43,496 nt of DNA from a virus (taxonomy: Duplodnaviria; Caudoviricetes), in the IMG/VR virus record IMGVR_UViG_3300022217_000200, positions 1 through 43,496 of that record. The stretch is one strand, 5' to 3'. Position 1 is the stretch's first letter, and each line of letters begins with the position of its first letter. Under the pieces are notes generated by a model. It was not told where the DNA came from. It was given only the letters and a program-made list of their open reading frames with translations, and ran no database searches. Shown here in pieces: positions 25,015 through 34,884 of the stretch. The translations under genes were made by a program, and so were the position numbers.

Positions 25015-26429
25015 CAAAAGCAGACAGAGCCGCGGAATTGACATTTTTCGATTCGTTTTTCAACTTGGTCGCTCAACTTGGGACTCAAAAGGATAAACGA
25101 GCCCATGGTGTTTTCGGGTACCGGGAAATCGATGATCTTGAGCTTGAAAATATGTATGAGTATGACTGGCTGAGTGGCAAGGTCATTGATATTCCCGTGG
25201 ATGACGCAACGCGGAAGTGGCGAACGATAACAGCGCCGTCTATCGAAGATCGATTACAGACAGTGCGAGACGCTGAAAAAGCGATAGGCATCAAACGAAT
25301 TGTAAATGAAGCGCAGAAATGGGCTGATCTTTATCGTGGCTCTGTTGTTGTGATGCTCCTTCGTGGTGATACGGACGTTGAGGAACCCCTAGATTTAAAC
25401 CGGATTAGAGAGGGAGACCTTGAGCGTTTAGAGGTTTACGATGCGACTCAAGTTTCGCCCCATGTCGAAAATGTCAATGATATTACTGCACCCTATTACC
25501 GTAAACCTTCGCATTATTCGATTGACGGCGCGCATATGATTCACACTACCCGAGTATTGCGTTTTGACGGTGTCAAACTCCCTTGGCGGGCCGCGGCTCG
25601 TAGAGCTTATTGGGGTGCGTCGAAACTGCAGCGGTTTTATGATGCTTTGCGTAATTCCCGGTCAGTCGTTGACTCAATTGCCAGTATGGTTTTTGAGGCC
25701 AAATTGGATGTGATTAGCGTGCCCAATCTTTATCAGGAGCTGGCCTCGCCTCAGGGATTTACGAAAGTCGTTGAGCGGTTTCGCCTGGCTGACCAGATCA
25801 AGTCCTTTAACAACACGCTTCTGCTTGATGCCAAAGAGGTTTTCCAGCGGAATGCAACTCAGTTTGCTGGCCTGGGTGATTTGATGACCCAGTACATGGT
25901 TCAAAATTCAGCGGCCGCGGACATCCCAGTTACTCGATTATTCGGACAGTCGGCCAAGGGACTCAATGCCACCGGTGAGGGTGACGAACGGAACTACTAT
26001 GATCGGATTTCGAGCGATCAAGAGGTCAAACTCAGCCCACCGCTTGAGCAATTCGACGAAGTTTTTGTGCGCAGTACTCTTGGGTTTATGCCCGAAGATT
26101 GGGGCTATGAATGGAATCCACTGAGACAGAAAACCCAAAAGGAGACATCGGAGATCGAGGATAAAAACAGCCAGCGGGATGAGCGGTATCTACGCAACGG
26201 GGTAGTCACTGAGGCCATCGTGGCCAGTCAACTGCAGGAAGACGGGGTATATTCGGGCATTGATGACGATTACGTCAATACTCTCAGGGACTTAGAATCA
26301 CTGGAATCCGGTACCGATGACCAGGGCCAAGGCCAAGGCCAAGGCCAAGGCCTTGGCCAGGATTGGGGGAAAGATACCGACATGGATACCGACACGGACC
26401 CCTTGGGCTTGGCTACTTTGGAGGTATGA
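25011..26429 (+). CDS. Portal protein (DUF1073 family)
   Basis: IDIPVDDATRKW, IHTTRVLRF, WGAS, AADIPVTRLFGQSAKGLNATGEGDERNYYD. Confidence 0.92.
   Translation: MTKADRAAELTFFDSFFNLVAQLGTQKDKRAHGVFGYREIDDLELENMYEYDWLSGKVIDIPVDDATRKWRTITAPSIEDRLQTVRDAEKAIGIKRIVNEAQKWADLYRGSVVVMLLRGDTDVEEPLDLNRIREGDLERLEVYDATQVSPHVENVNDITAPYYRKPSHYSIDGAHMIHTTRVLRFDGVKLPWRAAARRAYWGASKLQRFYDALRNSRSVVDSIASMVFEAKLDVISVPNLYQELASPQGFTKVVERFRLADQIKSFNNTLLLDAKEVFQRNATQFAGLGDLMTQYMVQNSAAADIPVTRLFGQSAKGLNATGEGDERNYYDRISSDQEVKLSPPLEQFDEVFVRSTLGFMPEDWGYEWNPLRQKTQKETSEIEDKNSQRDERYLRNGVVTEAIVASQLQEDGVYSGIDDDYVNTLRDLESLESGTDDQGQGQGQGQGLGQDWGKDTDMDTDTDPLGLATLEV
26321..26360 (+). repeat. GGCCAA hexamer microsatellite (Gln-Gly run) in the portal tail
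   Basis: CAGGGC CAAGGC x4 CTTGGC, in frame. Confidence 0.9.
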
Positions 26430-26430
26430 A

Positions 26431-26610
26431 ATGGAACCGTTGACTTGTTTTATAATCGGACTTGTTGTGGGGACTCTCATCGGAATGAGTTTTTCGAAAT
26501 GGTGGATACTCAAAGAACTCGAATATAAAGCGGAAACTGGAATTGATATGTGTGAAGGTGGGAAGTTTTTCACTGTTCGCAGAAATTACGAACGAGAGCG
26601 TAACAATTAG
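26431..26610 (+). CDS. Small membrane protein (59 aa)
   Basis: GGAGG RBS before ATG 26431; N-terminal TM segment FIIGLVVGTLIGM. Confidence 0.65.
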   Translation: MEPLTCFIIGLVVGTLIGMSFSKWWILKELEYKAETGIDMCEGGKFFTVRRNYERERNN

Positions 26611-27471
26611 ATGGGCCTGGGCCTCACACCCGGTGAACTGAAACGGTTGCGACTCCGGGCTGCGGCGCGTAAACAGGGACAACCGACCCGAGGTGAGGGC
26701 ATCGAACCACCCCGGTCAGTGGAGGCCTCTTATTATCGTTCCCTTAGGGCCATCGTGCGCAAGCTCGAGCAGAGAGTAAAACGTAAAATTATTCCACTGC
26801 TCGAGCAGTTCGAGTCTGAATATGTTATCGATAGTCCTTATTCTGTTCAACAAATACTCTCGGCTGCGGTCACTGATCTCGAGCAAACCCCTGTGGTGCT
26901 CGAACGCGAACAACAGCGCATCGTTACCAAATTGGCCAACGGAACGGAAGCTTTCAATAGGGCTAAGTTTCTAGCCGATCTCAACCGTATTCTGGGAGTA
27001 TCCTTGCGGGACATAATCACCCGGGAAGGAATCGCTTTTCAGGTTGGACAAAGCATCGAGGCCAATATCGCGCTTATCAAGTCGATACCCGAGCAGTACC
27101 ATGAGAATCTACGCAACATAATCAATGAAGGTATTGACCAGGGTGACAACGCATTTTCGATTCGAAAACAGATTTTGGAACTTGGTGAAAGCACTGCAAA
27201 ACGGGCCAAATTCATTGCCCGTGACCAAGTGGCCAAGTTAAATGGAGCGATTACGCAGGCGCGGCAAACTCGACTCGGTGTGACACATTATTTCTGGCGC
27301 ACAAGTAAGGATGAACGGGTGCGGCCAAGCCATAAGGAAAAAGAGGGCAACCGTTATGCTTGGGACAGTCCTCCTGCGGATACGGGCCACCCGGGGCAAG
27401 ATTTTCAATGCCGTTGCTCTGCTGAACCGGACCTTTCCGGTGTTTTAGATGAGCTGAACGTTGCCGCTTAA
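26611..27471 (+). CDS. Minor head protein (Mu gpF / SPP1 gp7-like)
   Basis: RAKFIARDQVAKLN, WRTSKDERVRPSH, HPGQDFQCRC. Confidence 0.93.
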   Translation: MGLGLTPGELKRLRLRAAARKQGQPTRGEGIEPPRSVEASYYRSLRAIVRKLEQRVKRKIIPLLEQFESEYVIDSPYSVQQILSAAVTDLEQTPVVLEREQQRIVTKLANGTEAFNRAKFLADLNRILGVSLRDIITREGIAFQVGQSIEANIALIKSIPEQYHENLRNIINEGIDQGDNAFSIRKQILELGESTAKRAKFIARDQVAKLNGAITQARQTRLGVTHYFWRTSKDERVRPSHKEKEGNRYAWDSPPADTGHPGQDFQCRCSAEPDLSGVLDELNVAA

Positions 27472-27557
27472 ATTTAGAAATCTCATAAATTTCATAGATT
27501 TAGTAATTTCCTCGTTTTGCGAATTATGTTGACTGTGGCGAAATACAACGCTATTTT
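27470..27557 (+). promoter_or_regulatory. Late promoter 2 with upstream 9-bp repeats
   Basis: AAATCTCAT-AAATTTCAT-AGATTTAGT (27478-27504); TTGACT-N17-TATTTT (27529-27557). Confidence 0.65.
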
Positions 27558-27576
27558 CAAAAGAGGAGCATGAAAC

Positions 27577-28725
27577 ATGCCAATTTTTGTCGATGTTGGC
27601 GAAATCACTACCCGAGCAGAAACCCCCGAGGGGTTTTTGTCCGTAGTAGCCGATTTTGCACGGACCGGAATTCAGGAATATCATGCAGGTGAGCTGATTC
27701 GCAAAGACCTACCGCCACAATTTCAAGACGATCCACACCGTATTATTCGGATTTTGCGGCCGGCCCAAGAGGTCTTTGAACAAGAGGCCATGAAATCGTT
27801 CGGTCAGCGGCCGGTTACCAACAATCACCCCGCGAGCAAAGTAGTTGATAAAAAGAATTTCAAACGAGTTGTCGTTGGGACTTCAAAACATAAAGTGGAG
27901 CGCAACGATGACAAACTCAGGGTGGGCCTGGTAATCCAAGATGCAGATGCGATCGAAGACGTCAAGAGAGGGAAGGACCGCCTATCAGCTGGGTATTCAG
28001 CGTCTCTTGTTTGGGATTCCGGAACTGACCCGCTCTATGGCCCGTATGATGCAATTCAAACTCAAATTCGCGGCAACCATATTGCCGTAGTCGATTCAGC
28101 TCGGGGCGGTCCCGAGATACGAATAAACGATTCGTGGCCATCGGCCACCAAACCAAAGGACAAACCCAAGATGGCAGAGAGAAAAATCAACGGTATTGCC
28201 ATCGAGTTTACTGATCAGGGTGCGCAAGCGGTGGACCATATTTTAGCTGAGACGAAAAAGGTCTCAGACGAAGTGGCCACCCTTCGGACCCAGATAGCAG
28301 ACGCCAATAAAAAGGCTGAAAAACTGCAGGGTGAACTCGATGCGCAAAAGGCCGCTCAATTGACTGACGAGCAAATCGAGGCCAAGATCACTGAGCGGTT
28401 GAATGTCATCGATGCAGCTCGAAAACTGTATCCCGACGTCGAAACCGCGAATAGGTCGCTTACCGAAATCAAGGTAGCGGCAATCACCCATGTCGATAAA
28501 AACCGCAATCTCGAGGGAAAATCGGCTGATTACGTTGACGGGATGTTTGAAACTTTTGTTGCAAAGGCCCCGGATAAGTCCAGGGCATCGATGCGACAAG
28601 CAACCCAACATGCCGATGCAGCCAGCGGGACTCAGACCCCGCCGGACATTGCAGGCGATGCACAACGCGAGTTCGCTAAACGCAACGCTACGGCCTGGCA
28701 ATTTGAGAAAGGGGGTGAGGCATGA
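27577..28725 (+). CDS. Prohead protease/scaffold (DUF2213)
   Basis: TPEGFL, ARTGIQEY, PVTNNHP, LSAGY, NHIAVVDSARGG; coiled-coil C-terminus. Confidence 0.92.
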   Translation: MPIFVDVGEITTRAETPEGFLSVVADFARTGIQEYHAGELIRKDLPPQFQDDPHRIIRILRPAQEVFEQEAMKSFGQRPVTNNHPASKVVDKKNFKRVVVGTSKHKVERNDDKLRVGLVIQDADAIEDVKRGKDRLSAGYSASLVWDSGTDPLYGPYDAIQTQIRGNHIAVVDSARGGPEIRINDSWPSATKPKDKPKMAERKINGIAIEFTDQGAQAVDHILAETKKVSDEVATLRTQIADANKKAEKLQGELDAQKAAQLTDEQIEAKITERLNVIDAARKLYPDVETANRSLTEIKVAAITHVDKNRNLEGKSADYVDGMFETFVAKAPDKSRASMRQATQHADAASGTQTPPDIAGDAQREFAKRNATAWQFEKGGEA

Positions 28726-29189
28726 GCGTCCAAACCACCTACGAATTCAAACAGCCCCGAGCCTATGCAGGCTTACAAGCGGACAACAATCCTGTCCGCT
28801 CGATTTCGCCATTTGCCGAGTCAGGCCCAATCCCCTTTGGGCGGGCTGTGCAAGAAGGCACTGACGAAGATCAAGCGGTCATCGGCACGGGTACTGGTTT
28901 GTACCTCGGTATCACAATGCGCGTTCACAACGAGGAAAACAGCGCGGCCGGGGTCGAATCGGCCCAGTACACAGATAAAGAGCCCATGGCTGTGATGCAA
29001 GAGGGCACGATCTTTATCAACCTGGTAAACACGGGTGCCAAGGGTGATCCTATCTACTCAGTAGATGTGGATGGAACAATTGGCGCGGGTACTGCTGTTG
29101 CGGGTCAAACGCAGATTCCCGGCGGCGAACTCCTTGAAACAGTAACCTCGGCCGATACGATTGTACCGGTTCGACTCAAATCGGAGTAG
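28722..29189 (+). CDS. Head decoration/cement protein
   Basis: IPFGRAV...GIT...VMQEGTIF; lies between scaffold and MCP. Confidence 0.8.
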   Translation: MSVQTTYEFKQPRAYAGLQADNNPVRSISPFAESGPIPFGRAVQEGTDEDQAVIGTGTGLYLGITMRVHNEENSAAGVESAQYTDKEPMAVMQEGTIFINLVNTGAKGDPIYSVDVDGTIGAGTAVAGQTQIPGGELLETVTSADTIVPVRLKSE

Positions 29190-29232
29190 TTCAACGGTTT
29201 AAGTTGAACCCCCCTATTAAGGAGATAGCACA

Positions 29233-30261
29233 ATGCCAAGAACACGATTTGACGATCATCTGGACGCTCTCAAAGCGATGGGCTTCTGGATCCCGCAGCC
29301 GGCCGTTGTTCAACAGATCATGGCTGATGGTGTATTGCCGCGAGGCGATTTCGCGGATGCCAGTGGCCAGGTCTTTTTCGCTCGCCAACTTGAGTATATC
29401 GAGGCTCAAGTCTACAAGGTGCTCTACAGTGACCTGAAATGGCGGCAACTTTTCCCGATCGATACCAGTGTACCCGAAGGAGTGAAGTCCACGACCTATC
29501 AGGTTATGGACAAGGCCGGTCAATCCAAATGGATCAACACCGGGGCCAAAGACATCCCCAGGGTCGACATTGCTGGCGCTGAGCAGACTGACCCAGTACA
29601 CTGGGGTGCCAACAGCTACGGCTACAACATCGGTGAGCTGGCCAGTGCTCGGCATCTGGGCATGAACCTAGACGCAGCCAAAGCGGAAGCATCCAGACGG
29701 GCTCATGAACAGATGATGAGTGATGCCGTATGGCTGGGTAACACCAAACTCGGATTCACCGGTATTTTCACCACTGGCAACGGAATTCCCCGTACCACGG
29801 TGCCTACAGGCGTTGGCGGTGTGACTTGGGATCTCAAGACCCCAGATGAAATCCTGGCTGACATCAATCTCGGTTTCAGCACAGTAGTCGAAGACACCAA
29901 AGAAGCGGAGATTCCGACGCATATGTTGTTGCCGACCAAACAGTACAATGACATTGCCACTCGGCGGTTGACCGATACCGCTGAGACGATTCTCAGCTAT
30001 GTCGTCCGGACATCCCCCTGGATTGCCGGACCGGACCGCATTGTTTCCGTCCCCGAGCTGGCAGGGGCTGGCACAGCGGGTGCGGATGCATCGCTCATCT
30101 ACACTCGAAACCCGAGCAAAATCCAAACGATTATCCCCAAAGACATCTCATTCCTGCCCGTTCAGCAGATTGGGCTCGAATACGTAGTCTATTGCGTAAT
30201 CGTTTTCGGCGGTCTCCGAATCCGGTACCCGCTTAGCGCTCATATCCTAGAAGGCATCTAA
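29233..30261 (+). CDS. Major capsid protein (DUF2184 family)
   Basis: FFARQLEYIEAQVY, DIPRVD, W..KTPDEILADIN, GGLRIRYP; AAGGAG RBS. Confidence 0.93.
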   Translation: MPRTRFDDHLDALKAMGFWIPQPAVVQQIMADGVLPRGDFADASGQVFFARQLEYIEAQVYKVLYSDLKWRQLFPIDTSVPEGVKSTTYQVMDKAGQSKWINTGAKDIPRVDIAGAEQTDPVHWGANSYGYNIGELASARHLGMNLDAAKAEASRRAHEQMMSDAVWLGNTKLGFTGIFTTGNGIPRTTVPTGVGGVTWDLKTPDEILADINLGFSTVVEDTKEAEIPTHMLLPTKQYNDIATRRLTDTAETILSYVVRTSPWIAGPDRIVSVPELAGAGTAGADASLIYTRNPSKIQTIIPKDISFLPVQQIGLEYVVYCVIVFGGLRIRYPLSAHILEGI

Positions 30262-30303
30262 GCAAAGAGACGTTTAACCAAAAGCCATAGCCCGAATAGG
30301 CTA

Positions 30304-30684
30304 ATGGGAGAAAACATGAAGATTGAAAACTGTACCGCAGATCCCCGAAACCTGGTAACCACGTTGCCGTCGGGTGTACGGGTAACAGTGCGGCTAAAAC
30401 CAGGCGAAATGTCTAAGGACCTTGATCCAAAAGTGATCGATATTCTTAGACAAAACAAGGCCGTGGATTTGCTGTTCAAGCAGCGCCTAGTGAGGGTAGT
30501 TAAACCTGGGGAAAAACCCCGGGCCGTAGAACCGCCAAAACCCCGCACACCATCAAAAGCCGCGGTTGCGCAAGCTGAGACCGCCAAAAAAGAGGCCAAA
30601 GAGCAAGCGGATGCGGTCAAAAAAGTGGCTAAGGCCAAGGGCAAGTCCAAGGCCAAGACCGGAAAACTCGACATCGGAGTGTAA
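30304..30684 (+). CDS. Lys/Ala-rich protein following MCP
   Basis: ORF in the structural operon; true start may be ATG 30316. Confidence 0.7.
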   Translation: MGENMKIENCTADPRNLVTTLPSGVRVTVRLKPGEMSKDLDPKVIDILRQNKAVDLLFKQRLVRVVKPGEKPRAVEPPKPRTPSKAAVAQAETAKKEAKEQADAVKKVAKAKGKSKAKTGKLDIGV

Positions 30685-30687
30685 GCA

Positions 30688-31068
30688 GTGGCCATAAACC
30701 CCACAGATTTCAAAGCCCGTTACCCCGAATTCCTGGCAATCGATGATTCGAGAGTACAATTCTACCTTGATGACGCATTGCTCGAAGTCGGGGAACAGGC
30801 TTGGGGTTCTATGTACGAAAAAGGGGTTTTCCTCTTAGCCGCACATCTCCTGCAATTGGAACTTGATCGTATCGAAGATGATTCCAGTGGTTCCGTAACC
30901 ATGAATCGAGTCACCTCTAAAAAAGTTGGGGATGTCCAGGTCAGCTTTGCCCGGGCAACCGCGGATTCTACTGAAGACGATTGGTACCTATTAACCTCTT
31001 ATGGAGTCGAATATCTACGTCTTAAAAAGCGCTTTGGCATGGGGGCTGTGGCCGTTGGAGGTTGGTAA
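30688..31068 (+). CDS. Head-tail adaptor (DUF4054)
   Basis: FKARYPEF, AAHLL, SKKVGDVQVSF, TSYGVEYLRL. Confidence 0.9.
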   Translation: MAINPTDFKARYPEFLAIDDSRVQFYLDDALLEVGEQAWGSMYEKGVFLLAAHLLQLELDRIEDDSSGSVTMNRVTSKKVGDVQVSFARATADSTEDDWYLLTSYGVEYLRLKKRFGMGAVAVGGW

Positions 31069-31550
31069 TGACCACAGAACTCAAATTCGAACGAGTCACC
31101 CCACCGGGCGAAGGCGTTGACGGCTGGATTGACCTGGCCAAAAAGCACAAAAGGCCTTTTATCAAAGTCGGTATCCTCTCAGGTACTGGCGAGCACCCAA
31201 ACGCAAAACACGGACAAACACTGGCCGAAATTGCTTGGTGGAACGAATTTGGAACAATCAAAATCCCTGAACGTCCGTTTTTGCGGACGGGATTAAAAGA
31301 GAACATCACTAAATATCGAGTGATTTTGGGTAAGGGTCTGCGCAAAATCCTTATTGGCGATACCAACCCCGAACAAGTCCTGGGTATACTGGGCCTTGCC
31401 GCGGTGGCCGATGTGCAGGCGAAAATCGTTGCGGTAACCTCTCCACCTAATACGGAAGCGACAAAAGAGAAAAAGGGTTCTAGTTCCCCCTTGCAGGATA
31501 CTGGAGCACTTAAGCAGCATATCAGCTGGGGTATTGTGGAGGGTAGTTGA
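31068..31550 (+). CDS. Neck/tail-completion protein
   Basis: IAWWNEFGT..IPERPFLR, PPN..T...KGSSSPLQDTG; TAATG start overlap. Confidence 0.85.
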   Translation: MTTELKFERVTPPGEGVDGWIDLAKKHKRPFIKVGILSGTGEHPNAKHGQTLAEIAWWNEFGTIKIPERPFLRTGLKENITKYRVILGKGLRKILIGDTNPEQVLGILGLAAVADVQAKIVAVTSPPNTEATKEKKGSSSPLQDTGALKQHISWGIVEGS

Positions 31551-31551
31551 T

Positions 31552-31905
31552 ATGCTGCGCTATTTTAAACGACAGAAAATCACAGTGTCTCTAATTCGGG
31601 GAGGTATCGGGGTCTACGTTGACGGGGAATGGATCCCAGCGTTTGAGGTTCCCGTAGATATTCGGATCATCGCTCCACAACCGCTCACAGCCAATGACTC
31701 TCAATTTCTTCCCGACGGAGAGCATGTTCGAGACTATCTACGGTCCTGGTCCAGTGTCAAAGTGTATCCACGTGAGGGTGCCGAGGATGCGGATAGAATT
31801 GTGTTTGACGGTGACCGGTACAAAGTGGTTCAGGCTGACAATCGATCGATTCTGGGTCGCTTCTATGCGTTCGAGATGCGCGTGTTAGAGCCAGGGACAC
31901 TATGA
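31552..31905 (+). CDS. Head-closure (stopper) protein
   Basis: G.YVDGEW, QPL...LPDG, ADRIVFDGDRYKVV; position in the neck module. Confidence 0.75.
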   Translation: MLRYFKRQKITVSLIRGGIGVYVDGEWIPAFEVPVDIRIIAPQPLTANDSQFLPDGEHVRDYLRSWSSVKVYPREGAEDADRIVFDGDRYKVVQADNRSILGRFYAFEMRVLEPGTL

Positions 31906-32429
31906 GCTACGATACCGCGGTACAAGCTTGGATCATGGAAGTCACTGGCTATGATGACCAACACGTTTTTCGGTCACAACAGGTGGGTCAGCGACCCGAA
32001 GGGGATCATGCCACTTATCTCTGTATCGCGGGCCAGGACAGCGATTTTGCAGAGTGGGTTCGGGCTGAAACGGACCCAGTCAGCGACAACATTGATATGA
32101 GCTATGTGGCCCCAAAGATGCTCGTTTATTCGGTCAATATCTTCGCCAGTAATGGTGAGGCCCTGCTAACCTCCCTTTGGAAATCCCGGTATCTATTGGC
32201 CCCGCGGTTATTATTGCGCGCCGAAAATATGGTACTGCGAGTAAAAAGTAATAGCAATGAAGTGCCTACTGTCGGTGACACATCTTGGCGCCGACAGTAT
32301 CACGCTGATTTTACATTTGGTGTTTTCACTGTCAGCAGTGAAGAAATCGAGAAATTATACACGTATCGACTCCAAGGAATTTGGACGATTCAACCAGGTG
32401 ACGATCTAACGGTTGTCATCGATAACTGA
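31902..32429 (+). CDS. Tail terminator / neck protein
   Basis: Position before the sheath gene, size, W.R...DF.F motif. Confidence 0.7.
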   Translation: MSYDTAVQAWIMEVTGYDDQHVFRSQQVGQRPEGDHATYLCIAGQDSDFAEWVRAETDPVSDNIDMSYVAPKMLVYSVNIFASNGEALLTSLWKSRYLLAPRLLLRAENMVLRVKSNSNEVPTVGDTSWRRQYHADFTFGVFTVSSEEIEKLYTYRLQGIWTIQPGDDLTVVIDN

Positions 32430-32440
32430 GGAGCAAAGAA

Positions 32441-33877
32441 ATGGCGACTATTGTTGACCATATAGATTTTCAGGCGATTTTGCAAACAGCAGTAGCGCCT
32501 CGTAAAACCTTCGGGGTTCAGCTTCTGTTAGTAGATGATACTCAAATCCCAGTTGATCTGCGTTTGCTGTATACCACTCCTACAGCGTGGGATGACGATT
32601 TCACTCTAGGGTCCATACCCTACGAATACGCGGAAGTATTTTTTGCCCAAGCCCTAGTCCCCGATACTCTCATGCTCGGCCGCTGGGTTTCTGCGGCCAG
32701 TAATCCACTGTTTGTTTGCGGCCCTGCATATGAAAAAGACTATGCCATTTGGGCAGCGGTCACAGACGGTGAATTCGCTGTCACAGACGGAACCAACACA
32801 GACGATGTTGGGCCGTGCAACTTCACTGGGGTGACTGAGCTGAGTCAAATCTTACCGATTCTCAATGCGGCCCTGGCTGCAGTTGCAGTCCCAACAGTTA
32901 CCGGGCTCAACACGTTCGCGTTCGAATTGGACTCAGTAGGACGATTGGTTCTGCGCTCGAGTCAAACTGGCGCTTCCGCAGCATCAATCTCAATCACAGT
33001 CCACGGTACAGCGCTTGGAACTGATTTGTCTGCTGCTTTTATGGACGCAACCAACGGCACAAGCGTTGCCGGCCTAGATGCAGAGGAGCCCGAGGAAGCG
33101 TTGCAAGCTATCAGCGCGATTGACGATAGCTATTTCAATATCCACATCCGTGGAGCGAATGACACCCAGCAAGAAGCCCTGGCCGACTATGTCGAGACGC
33201 AAGAAAAGTTGCTCGATGTCGTGACCGTTGACCCCAATGCGATTTTGCCGGCAAGCGTCGACGACTTGCCCTACAACATGAAAGCGAAAAATCTCAAACG
33301 CACTCTGTGTATCTATCATGAGCACACAGATGAATTCCCTGATGCAGCTGCAGCTGGACGATTTTTGCCCGAGAAAGAGGGAACATTCCAATTCGAGTGG
33401 CAAGACCTGGCCAAAGTCAGTGACAGCGGGCTCCTTTCTCCACTCAGTGAGACAGCACGAACCGCGCTTAAGGACAAAAACTGTTCACACATTGAGCGTA
33501 TTTCGCCTGTCACATTTCTCTACAATGGGCTCACATCCGGCGGTATCGAGAAACGTATCATGCTGGGCCGGGATTGGTTCGTGGCGCGAAACCGGGAAGA
33601 CATTTTCACGAACCAAATCAACACCAAATTGGCCGCATTTGACAATATCACTCTAACGGCGCTTGAGGAAATTATCCGCAAAAATGGCACCGAAGCAATT
33701 ACTCGGCGAATTCTAGTAGATACCCCAGAACGGCCGTTTCTCGTGACACTGCCAGATGCAGACGACATTGATGCTGCAGAGCGGGCAACCCATGAATTTG
33801 TCGAGCTGGAAGCTTTCAGCGGATACCTCAATGTGGCTATCCATGATTATAGAATTGTCGGTACCTGGACACTGTAA
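32441..33877 (+). CDS. Tail sheath protein (DUF3383)
   Basis: EY..AEVFFAQ...P..LMLGRW, GRDWF, IH...IVGT C-terminus. Confidence 0.88.
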   Translation: MATIVDHIDFQAILQTAVAPRKTFGVQLLLVDDTQIPVDLRLLYTTPTAWDDDFTLGSIPYEYAEVFFAQALVPDTLMLGRWVSAASNPLFVCGPAYEKDYAIWAAVTDGEFAVTDGTNTDDVGPCNFTGVTELSQILPILNAALAAVAVPTVTGLNTFAFELDSVGRLVLRSSQTGASAASISITVHGTALGTDLSAAFMDATNGTSVAGLDAEEPEEALQAISAIDDSYFNIHIRGANDTQQEALADYVETQEKLLDVVTVDPNAILPASVDDLPYNMKAKNLKRTLCIYHEHTDEFPDAAAAGRFLPEKEGTFQFEWQDLAKVSDSGLLSPLSETARTALKDKNCSHIERISPVTFLYNGLTSGGIEKRIMLGRDWFVARNREDIFTNQINTKLAAFDNITLTALEEIIRKNGTEAITRRILVDTPERPFLVTLPDADDIDAAERATHEFVELEAFSGYLNVAIHDYRIVGTWTL

Positions 33878-33914
33878 AATTTTAGGGCACTGACCCCAAA
33901 AAGGAGCACGAAAT

Positions 33915-34340
33915 ATGACAAAAGTAGCCTATGACCCGACCAAAGTTTCCATCGCGGTCAACGGTGTCGGGATTACCGGTTTTGCAGACGGCGATATGTT
34001 CACTGCCTCTTATGCAACCAACAAAACCTCTACTCACATCGGCACTGGGGGCGAGGGCCGATTCATTGTGAGTAAAGACGTCAGTGGCGTTTGTACGATC
34101 CGTTTAGCGGATTATAGTAATGCCAATGCAGGTCTACAAGTCGTGGACAAAACGGGTGTCCCCGTGGCTCTTACAGTCACAGACAAGACATCAAACGCCG
34201 ATCTGTTTTTCACTGAGGCAGCTATGGTACAAAAGGTGCCAGATATGCAAAAGGGCAATGAAGCCAAAATGAACGAGTGGGTTTTCGAATTCGTTCGAGC
34301 TGACATCGTCCATTCAGGCGCGAAAGACATCGAAGTTTAA
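33915..34340 (+). CDS. Tail tube protein (DUF3277-like)
   Basis: YDPTKVSI.VNG..ITGFADGD, IGTGGE, EWVF. Confidence 0.88.
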   Translation: MTKVAYDPTKVSIAVNGVGITGFADGDMFTASYATNKTSTHIGTGGEGRFIVSKDVSGVCTIRLADYSNANAGLQVVDKTGVPVALTVTDKTSNADLFFTEAAMVQKVPDMQKGNEAKMNEWVFEFVRADIVHSGAKDIEV

Positions 34341-34356
34341 GGAGGAGTAATCAGCC

Positions 34357-34884
34357 ATGTCACAACAGCGTAAATTAGCCCGAGAAATCCGGGCCGCACA
34401 AGGCCAATCACCTGCCGTGGATATTGACGGCAAGCAATACGTCTTCAGAAAACTCAAGCGGAAAAAATGTCATGAAGTCCTTTATAATCTAGTGGCCCCT
34501 TTCATTCGAATTGTGGCGACCCTAATTGAATCCGTGGCGTTGCCCATCGGTGAATTGATCCGTGGTGAAACAGAATTTGACTTTTCAAAAATGTTCAAAT
34601 CTGAAAAATTCAACACGGATACTTTGGCAACGCTTTTAGATTCACTTCCGTTCGAACAGTATTGGACGCTCGCATGCAATATCCTCAATGATGTGGAGAT
34701 CAACGGGACGCAGATGGGTGTGCTCGATGACAATGACTACTACGATGACAAGCCGCTTGAAATGTTAAAAGCAATACTCAAAGGGATTGAGGTGAATTAC
34801 CCTTTTCTAAAGGCTTTAGTGCGGAAAAAGGAGCATGGGTCAAACGGTTCATCCCGGGGGAACCAGACCCAAGCGAAAGAGTAG
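34357..34884 (+). CDS. Tail assembly chaperone (G-like)
   Basis: Between tube and tape measure genes; AGGAGG RBS. Confidence 0.8.
   Translation: MSQQRKLAREIRAAQGQSPAVDIDGKQYVFRKLKRKKCHEVLYNLVAPFIRIVATLIESVALPIGELIRGETEFDFSKMFKSEKFNTDTLATLLDSLPFEQYWTLACNILNDVEINGTQMGVLDDNDYYDDKPLEMLKAILKGIEVNYPFLKALVRKKEHGSNGSSRGNQTQAKE

Noticed and set aside
26321-26360. Portal microsatellite as a phase-variation switch
   Set aside because: The 6-bp unit keeps the frame and only changes the length of a disordered tail.
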